In this document: positions 19,874 to 29,639 of the stretch, in pieces
How the letters are laid out: each line of letters starts with the position of its first letter
Position numbering within the stretch: the stretch's first letter is position 1
Assembly (NCBI GenBank): GCA_965223855.1
Contig: CBDCXM010000009.1
Coordinates: 2,176,001-2,240,000, forward strand
DNA length: 64,000 nucleotides
Origin: Candidatus Multivoradales bacterium
GTDB lineage: Bacteria > Acidobacteriota > Thermoanaerobaculia > Multivoradales > JAHEKO01
Direction: 5' to 3'
Program-made: the position numbers and the translations under genes
Notes under the pieces: generated by a model
The model's database searches: none
What the model was told of the DNA's origin: nothing
The model's input: only the letters and a program-made list of their open reading frames with translations

Positions 19874-20740
19874 ATGAGAGCTCTCCTGCGATCGGGTACG
19901 AGGGAAGGGGGTCCACGTCGGCGACCGGTCGGCCTGTGGATCGGCGGCGGGCTCGCCCTGGTCGTCACTCTGGTGGCCCTGCTCGCGCCCTGGTTCCTCC
20001 CGGGCGACGGCGGCGAGCAACGGCTCGACCGGCGGCTCGAAGGGCCGAGCCGGGAGCATCCCCTCGGTCTCGACGAGCTCGGTCGCGACATCCTCTCCCG
20101 GCTTCTCGAGGGGACGCGCGTCTCGTTCGGTGTCGGCCTTGCGGTCGTCCTGCTGGCAGGAGGGTTGGGGACTCTGGTCGGAGCGGTCGCCGGCTACTTC
20201 GGAGGCCGGGTCGACGCGGCGCTGATGCGGCTGACCGATGTCTTCATGTCTTTCCCCGGGATCCTCCTCGCGATCGCCCTCGTCGCGGTGCTCGGTCCGG
20301 CGCTGCGCCACGTGGTGCTTGCGCTGGTCGTGATCGGTTGGGTCGGCTACGCACGTCTGGTCCGAGGGCAGGCGCTCAAGCTCAGGGAGACCGAGTTCGT
20401 CCTCTCTGCCCGCGCGGCCGGCCTGTCCGCCCCGGCGATCCTCGCCCGCCACGTCCTACCGAACATTCTCCCGCTGCTCGTCGTTCAGGCGAGCCTCGGA
20501 ATGGCCGGGGCGATCCTGTCGGAGGCGAGCCTCTCGTTCCTCGGTCTCGGCATCCAGCCGCCGACGCCGTCGTGGGGCGCGATGATCAACGCCGGTCGCA
20601 GCCACCTGATCGGCGCACCCCATCTGGCGCTGTTCCCCGGCCTCGCCATCCTGGCGACGGTGATGGGGCTCAACTTCCTGGGGGACGCCCTCGTCGAATG
20701 GCTGGAGCCGGAGCGCGATCCGGCGGAGTCGGGGCCCTGA
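19874..20740 (+). CDS. Peptide ABC transporter permease (DppC/NikC family)
   Basis: HPLGLDELGRDILSR, RHVLPN, SLSFLGLGIQPPTPSWG, GLNFLGD. Confidence 0.92.
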   Translation: MRALLRSGTREGGPRRRPVGLWIGGGLALVVTLVALLAPWFLPGDGGEQRLDRRLEGPSREHPLGLDELGRDILSRLLEGTRVSFGVGLAVVLLAGGLGTLVGAVAGYFGGRVDAALMRLTDVFMSFPGILLAIALVAVLGPALRHVVLALVVIGWVGYARLVRGQALKLRETEFVLSARAAGLSAPAILARHVLPNILPLLVVQASLGMAGAILSEASLSFLGLGIQPPTPSWGAMINAGRSHLIGAPHLALFPGLAILATVMGLNFLGDALVEWLEPERDPAESGP

Positions 20741-21224
20741 CCACGAGGCTCCGGCTCCTTCCAGGCGAGGTTCGAGGGCCAGGCGAGGCCCGGGGGCTCC
20801 TGCCGAGTCGTTCGCATTCTGTGGGAGGTTGCGACCTTCGTCGTCCGGCAGACGGGCGCTAGAGGGTCCTCGACGCTGGACCGGAACCACCCCCACGAAC
20901 GGCCCTGGGAGTGACCGCACTCGGTCGGCAGGTGGGGTTGCTCTCTTCCGGTCAGGCCGGTGAGCCGGTCGCCGGAGCCGGTTGTCGGAGCCGGGCCGGA
21001 CGAGGACCGTCTCCTGCCTCAGCCTGCCCGCCTGCGTCTGCTCCCGGACGGGTGCGTCGGGAGTACCTGCCGCCACATGGGCCTACGCCGTCCTACCTGG
21101 AGCCTTCGCGAACGGCGCGGGCATTCGACTTCGGTCCTTCTTCGGAATTGCAAGACCCGATCCCCTCGCATCCGGTCCGCTCCCGCGATCGAAAAGTCAA
21201 GCAGCAAGGTGCGAGATTCTGCAT

Positions 21225-21253
21225 TTGACCGACCACATCCTTTACACAACAAT
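21225..21253 (+). promoter_or_regulatory. Putative sigma-70 promoter for the AT-hook/MerR gene
   Basis: TTGACC-17 bp-AACAAT in a locally AT-rich stretch; strong RBS GAAAGGAG before ATG 21317. Confidence 0.4.
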
Positions 21254-21316
21254 CGAAACGGCTCGAAGAACCCCGAACAGGAGGGCGGTTGACGCGCCTT
21301 CCGAGAAAGGAGTGAC

Positions 21317-22024
21317 ATGGCAGCAAGAAAGTCGAGCGGGTCGAAGGCCCGCGCTGGCAGCAAGAAGAAAGCGGCGCGCAAGAGCGCAAAGAAAACCGCG
21401 GCAAAGCGCGGCAGGCCTCCCAAGCTTTATACCCTCACCGAGATCGGGAAGCTGGCGGGCATTTCCATGCCGACGCTGCAGAAGTACAAGCGCGAGTATC
21501 AGGACCGCATTCCGTCGGTGGGCGAAGGGCGCAAGCAGCGCTATCCGAAGAGCGCGATCAAGGCTCTCCAGAAGATCAAGCAGGAGAATCTCGCCAAGAG
21601 AGGGCGCCCGCCGCGCGCGAAGACCGGTGGCTCGCGAGCCGGCGGCCCAAAGGCTGGTGGCTCGGGCCGCAAGCGGGCTGCCAGGTCGGCGGCGACTGCC
21701 GCGGGACTGCTGACGCTCAAGGAGGTGCAGCGCCGGACCGGAATCTCCTACCCGACGCTGTCGCGCTACGTGAAGCTGTTTCTCGACCGCATTCCGCACG
21801 AGGGGAGCGGTCGGACCCGCCGTTTCCCCGAAGAGGCAGTCGACGTCTTCCGGCAGATTCGCAGCGAAAGCAAGCCTGGCCGGCCCGCCGGGAAGTCCTC
21901 GGCGAAGGGTGGCGGTGAGACCGATCGCGATCTGGCGACTCGGATCCGCCGGCTCGAGAAGGCGGTGGCCGATCTCGTCGTCAGCCTCAAGAAGCCGATT
22001 CAGGTCACGATCAAGGGTCGCTGA
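21317..22024 (+). CDS. Lys/Arg-rich DNA-binding protein with AT-hooks and two MerR-type HTH domains
   Basis: Histone-H1-like N-terminal tail; KRGRPPK, KRGRPPR and KPGRPAGK hooks; duplicated units YTLTEIGKLAGISMPTLQKY..RIP..GEGRKQRYP and LTLKEVQRRTGISYPTLSRY..RIP..GSGRTRRFP; C-terminal coiled coil. Confidence 0.85.
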   Translation: MAARKSSGSKARAGSKKKAARKSAKKTAAKRGRPPKLYTLTEIGKLAGISMPTLQKYKREYQDRIPSVGEGRKQRYPKSAIKALQKIKQENLAKRGRPPRAKTGGSRAGGPKAGGSGRKRAARSAATAAGLLTLKEVQRRTGISYPTLSRYVKLFLDRIPHEGSGRTRRFPEEAVDVFRQIRSESKPGRPAGKSSAKGGGETDRDLATRIRRLEKAVADLVVSLKKPIQVTIKGR

Positions 22025-23015
22025 CGTCGGCGAAGTGGTCCCACCCGCTGATTGGCAGCGGGTGGCGACCGTCGCCGTCGATCACCTCCAGGCGGTCGCC
22101 CGGCTGGGTGAAGCCGATGGCGGTCGCATCGAACCGGTCGGGGACGCGCACCGTGGGCGGAAGGGCGAACAGCAGAACGTAGTCTTCGCCGCCGCCCAGA
22201 GCGACGTCGATCGGCTCGATCCCGAGTCGCCGCTCGAGGGGAGCGAGGCTGCGGTCGAGCGGCAGCCGGTCGATCTGCACGACCGCTCCCACGCCGCTCT
22301 CGCGGGTCAGCCGGGCGAGGTCGATCGCCAGGCCGTCCGAGACGTCGATGACGGCGCATCTGCGTCGCATCGCGAGCCAGGCTCCGAGGTCGAGCTGCGG
22401 TTCGGGGGCGAGGTGGCGCCGAACCGCGCGCTTTGCTGCCCGGGCGAGGGAGCCGTCCGCCTCGAGTTCCGTCGGTAGCGCGACGCGATTTCCCGCCAGC
22501 CTCGCTCCCCGGGCGACACAGGCCTGGCCGAGTGCAGAGGCGCCGAGCGTGCCGCCGACCCACAGGGTGTCCCCGGGGATCGCACCCCGACGACGCACCC
22601 AGCGGCCTCTAGCCTGTCTCCGGCCGCTCAGTACGAGCGAGGTGACGGCTGTCGGAGCCGTCGCCATGTCGCCACCTGCGAGAGCGATCTGCTGCCGCTC
22701 GCAGGCGAGGACCATGGCGTCGAGGAACCTGCGTCTGTCGAAGTCGGCGGGGATCGCCAGGGTGAGCAGGGCCGCTTCCGGAACGGCCCCCATCGCGGCC
22801 AGGTCGGAGAGGTTGACGGCCAGCAGACGACGCGCCCACACCGCCTCATCCAGATCTTCCGGCACGTGCACGCCGGCGACCTGCTGATCGACGGTCCAGG
22901 CTCGCTCGGCGCTGCCGCGGCCCAGGATCGCAGCGTCGTCGCCCGGCCGATCGTCACCGGCGGGAAGCCTCCGTCGCAACCAGGCGACGAGACCGTCTTC
23001 GCGGTGCCCGCTCAA
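22011..23015 (-). CDS. thiL: Thiamine-monophosphate kinase
   Basis: GDDAA, VNLSDLAAMGA, GGD, IDVSDGL, GGEDYVLLF. Confidence 0.9.
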   Translation of the reverse strand: MSGHREDGLVAWLRRRLPAGDDRPGDDAAILGRGSAERAWTVDQQVAGVHVPEDLDEAVWARRLLAVNLSDLAAMGAVPEAALLTLAIPADFDRRRFLDAMVLACERQQIALAGGDMATAPTAVTSLVLSGRRQARGRWVRRRGAIPGDTLWVGGTLGASALGQACVARGARLAGNRVALPTELEADGSLARAAKRAVRRHLAPEPQLDLGAWLAMRRRCAVIDVSDGLAIDLARLTRESGVGAVVQIDRLPLDRSLAPLERRLGIEPIDVALGGGEDYVLLFALPPTVRVPDRFDATAIGFTQPGDRLEVIDGDGRHPLPISGWDHFADVSDP

Positions 23016-23028
23016 GCTCCCGGCCCGG

Positions 23029-25407
23029 TCATCGGTCGAGCGCGATGTCGAGGACTTCCGACATGTGCTCGACGTGATGGAACTCGAGCCCTTCCACGAC
23101 GTCCTCCGCGATCTCGGCGAGGTCGCGGAGGTTGAGCTTCGGAATCACGATCTGGCGGATGCCGGCGGCGCGGGCTGCCAGCACCTTCTCCTTGAGCCCG
23201 CCGATCGGCAGCACGTCACCTCGCAGGGTGATTTCTCCGGTCATCGCGACGCGTCGTCGCACCGGCCTTTCCTCGAGCACGGAGAGGATGGCCGCGGCGA
23301 TCGTAATGCCGGCCGACGGGCCGTCCTTGGGCACCGAGCCGGCGGGCACGTGGACGTGGAGGTCGTGCTTCGCGAAGTAGTCCGTCGGAAGCTCGCTGTC
23401 GGCGGCGCGGGCGCGGGCAAAGCTCAGCGCCGCCTGTGCCGACTCCTTCATCACGTCGCCGAGCTGTCCGGTGAGATGCAGCTTGCCGCTACCCGGTACC
23501 GGGACCACCTCGATGAACAGCAGGTCGCCGCCGACCTCTGTCCATGCGAGTCCGGTGGCGACGCCGATTCGATCGCGATCGAGCAGTTCCTCGCTGAAGT
23601 GGCGGCGGGGGCCCAGCAGGTCGGCGATCGAGTCGACGCTCAGCGACACCTTCGTGGCGGTCCCTCCGGCGATCCGGACCGCCGCCTTCCGGCAGACTCT
23701 GGCGATCTCGCGCTCGAGGTTGCGAAGGCCGGCCTCACGCGTGTAGTGCTCGACGATCCTCCGCAGCGCCGCGTCCGTGAATCCGAGTTGCGACTTCCTG
23801 AGCCCGTGCTGTTCGAGTTGTCGGGGGACGAGATGGCGGCGGGCGATCTCCACCTTCTCGTCGACGGTGTATCCGGAGAGACGCAGTACCTCCATCCGGT
23901 CGCGAAAGGCGGGTTGGATCGGCTCGAGGAGGTTGGCCGTCGTGAGGAAGAGCACCTTGGAAAGATCGTAGGGGACGCCGAGGTAATGGTCGCTGAACTC
24001 GGAGTTCTGCTCCGGGTCGAGCACCTCGAGCAGTGCCGAGGAGGGGTCACCGCGGAAGTCGGCGCCGATCTTGTCGATCTCGTCGAGCATGAACACCGGG
24101 TTGGAGGTTCCCGCGCGTTCGATCGCCTGCAGGATCCGCCCCGGCATCGCGCCGACATAGGTTCGTCTGTGGCCGCGAATCTCCGCCTCGTCTCTCACAC
24201 CGCCCAGAGAGAGCCGGCAGAACTCCCGCCCCAGCGCGCGGGCGATGGCTCGGCCGAGTGAGGTCTTGCCGACCCCGGGAGGACCGACGAGACAGAGGAT
24301 CGGGCCCTTCTGGGCAGGGTTGAGTCGTCGCACCGCGAGGTGCTCGATCACCCTTTCCTTGACCCGCTCCAGTCCATGATGGTCCTCGTCGAGAACGTCG
24401 CGGGCGCGATCGAGGTCGAGGTTGTCCTCGCTGACATGCCCCCATGGCAGGCCCGTGAGGGTCTCGAGGTAGGTGCGCAGTACCGAGGTTTCCGCGCTCT
24501 CGGGATGGGTCCGCTCGAGACGCTGGCACTGACGCTCCAACTCATCGACCGCCTCCTGTGGCATCGCGCGCTCCTGCGCGGCCGCGCGGTAGCCGGCGAT
24601 CTCCTCGGTCAGCTCGGCGCCGTCTCCGAGTTCGTCCTGGATCGCCTTGAGCTGCTGGCGGAGGTAGTACTCCCGCTGGCTCTTCTCCATCTCGTCGCGT
24701 GCCTGCAACGAGATCTGCTGCTGCATGTCGAGCAGCTCGACCTCCCGGGCGAGCAGCCGGTGCACCCGGTCGAGCCGGGCGGCCGGATCGAGGGTGGCGA
24801 GAATCTCCTGCGCCTCGCTGCCGACAAGCTCGAGGTTGCTTGCCGCGAGGTCGGCGAGCCGGCCCGGGTCCTCGAGGTTGGCGGCGAGGATCATGACCTC
24901 CGGCGAGATCTGCTTGCCGAGATGAACGACCCGCTCGAGGTTCTCCTTGACCGAGCGCACCCGCGCTTCGACTTCCAGCGCCTCCTCGTGGTCGGGGGGC
25001 GTTGCGTCGAGGGCCTCGTCCGGGCCGCCCTCGGGCAGTTGGGTGATCTTCGCCTGGAGGTAGGGCTCGGTCTGGCTGAAGTGCTCGACGCGCACCCGTG
25101 ACAGGCCCTGCACGAGGATCCGGATCCTCCCGTCCGGCAGCTTGAGCATTCGCATGATGAGGGCCGCGGTGCCGAGCTTGTGAAGCTCGTCCGGTGTCGG
25201 CTGCTCGGAGTGAGGGTCGACCTGTGTCGACAGAAGGATCAGCCGATCCTCGGCCAGCGCTCGATCGACGGCGGCGAGGCTCGCTTCGCGGCCGACCGAG
25301 AGCGGCAGGATGATGTAGGGGAAGAGGACGGTGTTCTTGAGCGGCAGGACCGGCAGCACGTCCGGCAATCGGACCGACTCCTCGGTCTGTGGGGGCAGCT
25401 GAGTCAC
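23029..25407 (-). CDS. lon: Endopeptidase La
   Basis: LON N-domain, [22 protein letters not shown] catalytic Ser, IGGLKEK. Confidence 0.95.
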   Translation of the reverse strand: MTQLPPQTEESVRLPDVLPVLPLKNTVLFPYIILPLSVGREASLAAVDRALAEDRLILLSTQVDPHSEQPTPDELHKLGTAALIMRMLKLPDGRIRILVQGLSRVRVEHFSQTEPYLQAKITQLPEGGPDEALDATPPDHEEALEVEARVRSVKENLERVVHLGKQISPEVMILAANLEDPGRLADLAASNLELVGSEAQEILATLDPAARLDRVHRLLAREVELLDMQQQISLQARDEMEKSQREYYLRQQLKAIQDELGDGAELTEEIAGYRAAAQERAMPQEAVDELERQCQRLERTHPESAETSVLRTYLETLTGLPWGHVSEDNLDLDRARDVLDEDHHGLERVKERVIEHLAVRRLNPAQKGPILCLVGPPGVGKTSLGRAIARALGREFCRLSLGGVRDEAEIRGHRRTYVGAMPGRILQAIERAGTSNPVFMLDEIDKIGADFRGDPSSALLEVLDPEQNSEFSDHYLGVPYDLSKVLFLTTANLLEPIQPAFRDRMEVLRLSGYTVDEKVEIARRHLVPRQLEQHGLRKSQLGFTDAALRRIVEHYTREAGLRNLEREIARVCRKAAVRIAGGTATKVSLSVDSIADLLGPRRHFSEELLDRDRIGVATGLAWTEVGGDLLFIEVVPVPGSGKLHLTGQLGDVMKESAQAALSFARARAADSELPTDYFAKHDLHVHVPAGSVPKDGPSAGITIAAAILSVLEERPVRRRVAMTGEITLRGDVLPIGGLKEKVLAARAAGIRQIVIPKLNLRDLAEIAEDVVEGLEFHHVEHMSEVLDIALDR

Positions 25408-25414
25408 TCGGCCG

Positions 25415-25873
25415 TCAGCTTCGCTGAGTCACGAGGTTGCGGACCTCGTCCATGAACGCTTCGATGTCCTCGAACTGCCGGTAGACCGAGGCGAAACGGA
25501 CGTAGGCGACCTGGTCGAGCTCCTTGAGGCCCTTCATCAGAACGGCGCCGATCTCGGTCGTCGAGATCTCGCGGTCCTCGCTCTCGCTCAGCCTCAGCTC
25601 GACGTCGTTGACGATTTCCTCGAGGTCGCGCGTGGCGACCGGTCGCTTCTCGCACGCCTTGCGCAGTCCGGTCATCAGCTTGCCGCGGTCGAACTCGGCC
25701 CGCGAGCCGTCGCGCTTGACGACCATGTAGGGGATGTCTTCGAGCCGCTCGTACGACGTGAAACGCCTGCCGCAGGCGAGGCACTCCCGGCGTCTCCGAA
25801 TCGCCAGTCCGTCACGGTTCTCGCGCGAATCGACGACGCGGTCGTCGTTCGCCGAACAGTAGGGACACTTCAT
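25415..25873 (-). CDS. nrdR: Transcriptional repressor NrdR
   Basis: MKCPYC, VVDSR, RRRREC..C..RFTSYE, ATP cone, VAYVRFASVYR. Confidence 0.95.
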   Translation of the reverse strand: MKCPYCSANDDRVVDSRENRDGLAIRRRRECLACGRRFTSYERLEDIPYMVVKRDGSRAEFDRGKLMTGLRKACEKRPVATRDLEEIVNDVELRLSESEDREISTTEIGAVLMKGLKELDQVAYVRFASVYRQFEDIEAFMDEVRNLVTQRS

Positions 25874-25882
25874 CTCGAGGCG

Positions 25883-27619
25883 TCAGTCGGAAGCGGACTC
25901 GGCGTCTTCCTGTTCCAGCTCGATGCGCAGGTGGAGGAGCACGTCCTGAAGGCGATCGATCGCCTCCAGGCTCCACTGAATGTCGCGCTGCTGGTGGAGA
26001 ACCCGGTTGCGCTCGTCGCGGACCTGGAGGTCGAGAGAGATCTGCCGGGCGCGGGAAAGATCGTCGCCGGCCAGAGCGACCACCAGATCCTGGTCGATGT
26101 GACGTCGGCCGTTGGTCGCCGCGAGCTCCTCGACGGCTTCTGCGGTCGCCTCGTCGGGCACGTCCTGTGCCTCGTCTTCGTCCTCGGACGCGGCAGGCTC
26201 TTCGTCCGGCGAGTCCTGCGCCGCGGCGGTGGCACGCTCCTCTGCGTCGTCTCGCGCTTTCTCGTCCGCCTCGGCGAGAGCTGCCTCCACCGGGGCGTCC
26301 TCCGGGGCGTCGTCCGCGGCCGACTCTTCGGTCTGCTCGGGCTTGCCGGCCTCGTCCGCAGCCGTCTCCTCGCTCGCAGCCTCCACCGAGTCGGCCTCGT
26401 CTTCGACCGGGTCGGAGGAGGGCTCCGCGTCGACCTCCGCCTCTTCCGCGGCCTCTTCCTGAACCGCGGCGAGCCGCTCGTCCTCAGGGACGACGGCGTC
26501 TTCGGCCGCGCTCTCGCTCTCGGCCGGCTCGCCTTCTTCCGGCTCACCTTCTGCGAACTCGGCCTCGGGCTCCTCGTCGGGCTTGGCGTCGACCAGTTCG
26601 GTTTCCACGCGCGGACGTGACGGTGGTGCACCGCCATCGAGAGCGTCCAGCGCCATGTCCTCGATTTCGTCGTCGGTCGGGGTTTCGTCGGCCGCCTCTG
26701 CCGCCGTCTCCTCAGCTTCGCCGTCGGCGGAATCCTCCGGAGCGGTTGCGATCGACTCGGGCTCGGATCGGGCCTCGGGCTCGGACTGAGACTCGGGCTC
26801 GGGCTGGGACTCGGGCTCGGAATCGGACGAAGCGACCTCTGCCGTTTCCTCCTCGGCTGCAGGCTCCTCGGCCGCCGTGTCCGCTTCGACTTCGGGCGTC
26901 GCCGACACAGCGGCCTCTGCCGGGAAGTCCGCTTCGGCCGCGGTCGTCTCGTCGAGCGCTTCCGGTACCGGCTCGGGCGTCGGTTCTACGATCGTCGGCC
27001 CCGGCGGGGTCAGTGTCTCGGGAACCCCGTCCTCGAGCTGCTGCTTGAGCGAGATGAGGGTCAGCTTGGAGATCTCGCGCAGCACCTCGAAGATGCCTTC
27101 GCCCGAGATCGCCGAGGTCTCGAACTCCGGCCAGCCATTGCTGTTCAGGGCCTCCCGCAGTTCGGCGACCGAGCAGACCTCCGGCAGGTCACGCTTGTTG
27201 TACTGCAGGACGAGCGGGATCTCGTCGATGTCGATGCCGAGTTCCTCGAGATTCACCTCGAGGTTGCGGAACGACTCGACGTTCGACGGCAGCATCGCCG
27301 GCTGAGAGTCGGCGACGAAGACGATGCCGTCCACTCCCTTGAGAACCAGCCGCCTCGTGCTGTTGTAGAAGACCTGGCCGGGCACCGTGTAGAGCTGTAT
27401 GCGGGTGTGAAAGCCCGCTACGGTGCCGACTTCGAGCGGCAGGAGATCGAAGAAGAGCGTCCGGTCGGTCTCGGTCGCGAGCGAGACCATCTTGCCCCGT
27501 GCGTCGGGCCGGGTGTGGTGGAAGACGTACTTGAGGCTGGTCGTCTTGCCACACAGGCCAGGCCCGTAATAGACGACTTTCGCCGACATCTGGCGAGTGC
27601 TGAAATTGAACGATGCCAT
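25883..27619 (-). CDS. MglA-family small GTPase fused to a long acidic low-complexity region and a small C-terminal domain
   Basis: KVVYYGPGLCGKTT, DRTLFFD, QLYTVPGQVFY, QYNKRD in aa 1-195; then about 310 aa E/A/D/P-rich; ATG 27619. Confidence 0.88.
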   Translation of the reverse strand: MASFNFSTRQMSAKVVYYGPGLCGKTTSLKYVFHHTRPDARGKMVSLATETDRTLFFDLLPLEVGTVAGFHTRIQLYTVPGQVFYNSTRRLVLKGVDGIVFVADSQPAMLPSNVESFRNLEVNLEELGIDIDEIPLVLQYNKRDLPEVCSVAELREALNSNGWPEFETSAISGEGIFEVLREISKLTLISLKQQLEDGVPETLTPPGPTIVEPTPEPVPEALDETTAAEADFPAEAAVSATPEVEADTAAEEPAAEEETAEVASSDSEPESQPEPESQSEPEARSEPESIATAPEDSADGEAEETAAEAADETPTDDEIEDMALDALDGGAPPSRPRVETELVDAKPDEEPEAEFAEGEPEEGEPAESESAAEDAVVPEDERLAAVQEEAAEEAEVDAEPSSDPVEDEADSVEAASEETAADEAGKPEQTEESAADDAPEDAPVEAALAEADEKARDDAEERATAAAQDSPDEEPAASEDEDEAQDVPDEATAEAVEELAATNGRRHIDQDLVVALAGDDLSRARQISLDLQVRDERNRVLHQQRDIQWSLEAIDRLQDVLLHLRIELEQEDAESASD

Positions 27620-27848
27620 CGGTGTTCCTGTCCGACGTAGGTAGCGGCGCGAACCGACACGCCTCCTCGCCGTCCTCCCAAAAGGACGTCCGGCCGAGGA
27701 TGGTAGCACTGTTGAGGCTCGTGCACGCGTGGAAACGAGCACGTTCCTCGCGGCGACCCGCCGCCGTGAAAACGGTTACAATCCCTGGTTGCTCGCCGCG
27801 GTCGCGCCGTCCGCGCGCCCGCGAGCGGGCACAGCCTCCGGAGCTTCC

Positions 27849-28922
27849 GTGCCCGACTCCACTGCAGCGACCGCCAAGCCACTTTCGCCGAGGGACGAAG
27901 AGATCCTCAAGGACGTCGTGCGCGAGTTCATCGTGCGCGGTGCCCCGGTGAGCTCGCGAACGGTGGCGAAGGATCCGCGCCTCGGGCTTTCCGCAGCGAC
28001 CGTTCGCAACACGATGGCCGACCTGGAGGAGGCGGGGTACCTGTTGCAGCCTCACACGTCGGCCGGCAGGGTGCCGACGGAGGCGGGCTATCACGCCTAC
28101 ATCGACTCGCTTCCGGGCAGGGAGGGCATCGCCGAGGAGGAGCGTCGGCGGATCGATCGCGAACTGCCGGAGAACTCCGATGGCGAGGAGCTGGTCGAGA
28201 GGGCGGGACAGATGCTCTCCGAACTGACCGATCAGATCGGCATCGTCCTGACTCCGGCGATGGGAGAGACGGTGCTGCGCGAAGTGTCGCTGGTCGGTCT
28301 CTCGGAGGCGCGCGTTCTGTGTGTGGTCGTCTCCGCCGACGGTTTCGTCGATCACAAGATCGTCCAGCTCGAAGGCGCGGCGACGCGCGAGGAGCTGGTC
28401 GAGGCTTCGAACTACCTCAACAGCACGTTCGCCGGAATGACCCTCGGCGAAGCGCGGGAGCGGCTGCTGCGGAGGATGGCGGAAGAACGGGCGCAGGTCG
28501 ATCGCCTGCTCGGGCGGACCCTGGCGGTAGCCCATCAGGCACTGGCGGACAGCGATGCACACGACGTCGTCGTGCAGGGGACTTCCGTGGTGCTGACCCG
28601 GCCCGAACTCGCGGACGTCGAGCGGGTGCGGCGGCTGGTCGACAAGTTCGACGATCGGGCGCGACTGGTGTCGCTCCTGAATCAACTCATCGACGGACGG
28701 GGGGTGAGGGTCGTGATCGGGGACGAGAGCGACCTGACCTCGGACGTCGATTTCAGTCTCGTCTCGAGGACCTACCGGGCGGGGAATCGCAGTGTTGGTA
28801 GCGTGGGCGTCTTCGGCCCATCGCGGATGGAGTACGGAAAGGTCATCCCGCTGGTCGACTATCTCGGGGAGCGGCTCAGCCGCGCCCTGCAGTCGCCGGG
28901 AGAGGCCGGATCCCGCCTGTGA
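27849..28922 (+). CDS. hrcA: Heat-inducible transcription repressor HrcA
   Basis: PVSSR, SAATVRNTMADLEEAGYL, QPHTSAGRVPT, GPSRMEY; first gene of the grpE-dnaK-dnaJ run. Start uncertain. Confidence 0.93.
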   Translation: MPDSTAATAKPLSPRDEEILKDVVREFIVRGAPVSSRTVAKDPRLGLSAATVRNTMADLEEAGYLLQPHTSAGRVPTEAGYHAYIDSLPGREGIAEEERRRIDRELPENSDGEELVERAGQMLSELTDQIGIVLTPAMGETVLREVSLVGLSEARVLCVVVSADGFVDHKIVQLEGAATREELVEASNYLNSTFAGMTLGEARERLLRRMAEERAQVDRLLGRTLAVAHQALADSDAHDVVVQGTSVVLTRPELADVERVRRLVDKFDDRARLVSLLNQLIDGRGVRVVIGDESDLTSDVDFSLVSRTYRAGNRSVGSVGVFGPSRMEYGKVIPLVDYLGERLSRALQSPGEAGSRL

Positions 28923-28932
28923 GGGAGGAGTC

Positions 28933-29595
28933 ATGACGGAAGAACCGAGAGAGGCAGCAGAGGGTGGCGCGGCAGAGGAAGAGCCTCTCGAACTCGACAC
29001 CAACACTTCGGACGAACTGGACGAGGTGATGAGAGAGGCGTTGGAAGCGGTCGAGTCGAGCGGCGATCGCGCGACCGCCGTGGCGACACGGGAGCTCGCC
29101 GAGGCCGAAGAGGCGGCCGAGGCCGCTTCGGAGGAGCACGACTATCGGGCGCTCGCCGCCGAGTATCGGGAGCGGTCGCTGCGTACGCTGGCCGACTTCG
29201 AGAACTTCCGGAAGAGGGTGCAGCGGGAAAGGCAGGATGCGGCGAAGTTCCGGACCTTCGAGGCGATGAGGGACTTTCTCGCCGTCGTCGACAATCTCGA
29301 GAGGGCGCTGGCGGCTCCGGGCGACGTCGAAGACCTGAAGCAGGGAGTCGGAATGATCCTCAAGCAGATGGAGGGTCTCCTGCGTGAGAACGCCGTGGTG
29401 AGGGTCGAGTCGGAGGGCAAGCCGTTCGATCCGAGCGTGCACGACGCCGTCTCCCGGCACGAGACTCCCGAAGTGAGCGAGCCGACCGTGAGCGAGGAAC
29501 TCCAGGCCGGCTACACCATGCACGAACGGCTGATTCGCCCCGCGCGGGTCAAGGTGGCGATGCCGGCGGGCGGCCGCCGGTCGGAGGAGGCCTGA
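28933..29595 (+). CDS. grpE: Nucleotide exchange factor GrpE
   Basis: LADFENFRKR, VVDNLERAL, FDPSVHDAV, GY...RLIRPARVKV. Confidence 0.93.
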   Translation: MTEEPREAAEGGAAEEEPLELDTNTSDELDEVMREALEAVESSGDRATAVATRELAEAEEAAEAASEEHDYRALAAEYRERSLRTLADFENFRKRVQRERQDAAKFRTFEAMRDFLAVVDNLERALAAPGDVEDLKQGVGMILKQMEGLLRENAVVRVESEGKPFDPSVHDAVSRHETPEVSEPTVSEELQAGYTMHERLIRPARVKVAMPAGGRRSEEA

Positions 29596-29639
29596 TGATC
29601 GTCGGGGCGGCTCGAACACCGGGGAGGGAGGGCGACTAG

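Noticed and set aside
26750-26830. Short tandem CTCGGG repeats
   Set aside because: They encode the EPES low-complexity linker of the MglA fusion; not a separate element
27703-27727. Possible CIRCE upstream of hrcA (GTAGCACTG...TCGTGCACG)
   Set aside because: Only the left arm resembles TTAGCACTC; the right arm is poor and the spacing is 7 rather than 9, so I did not call it
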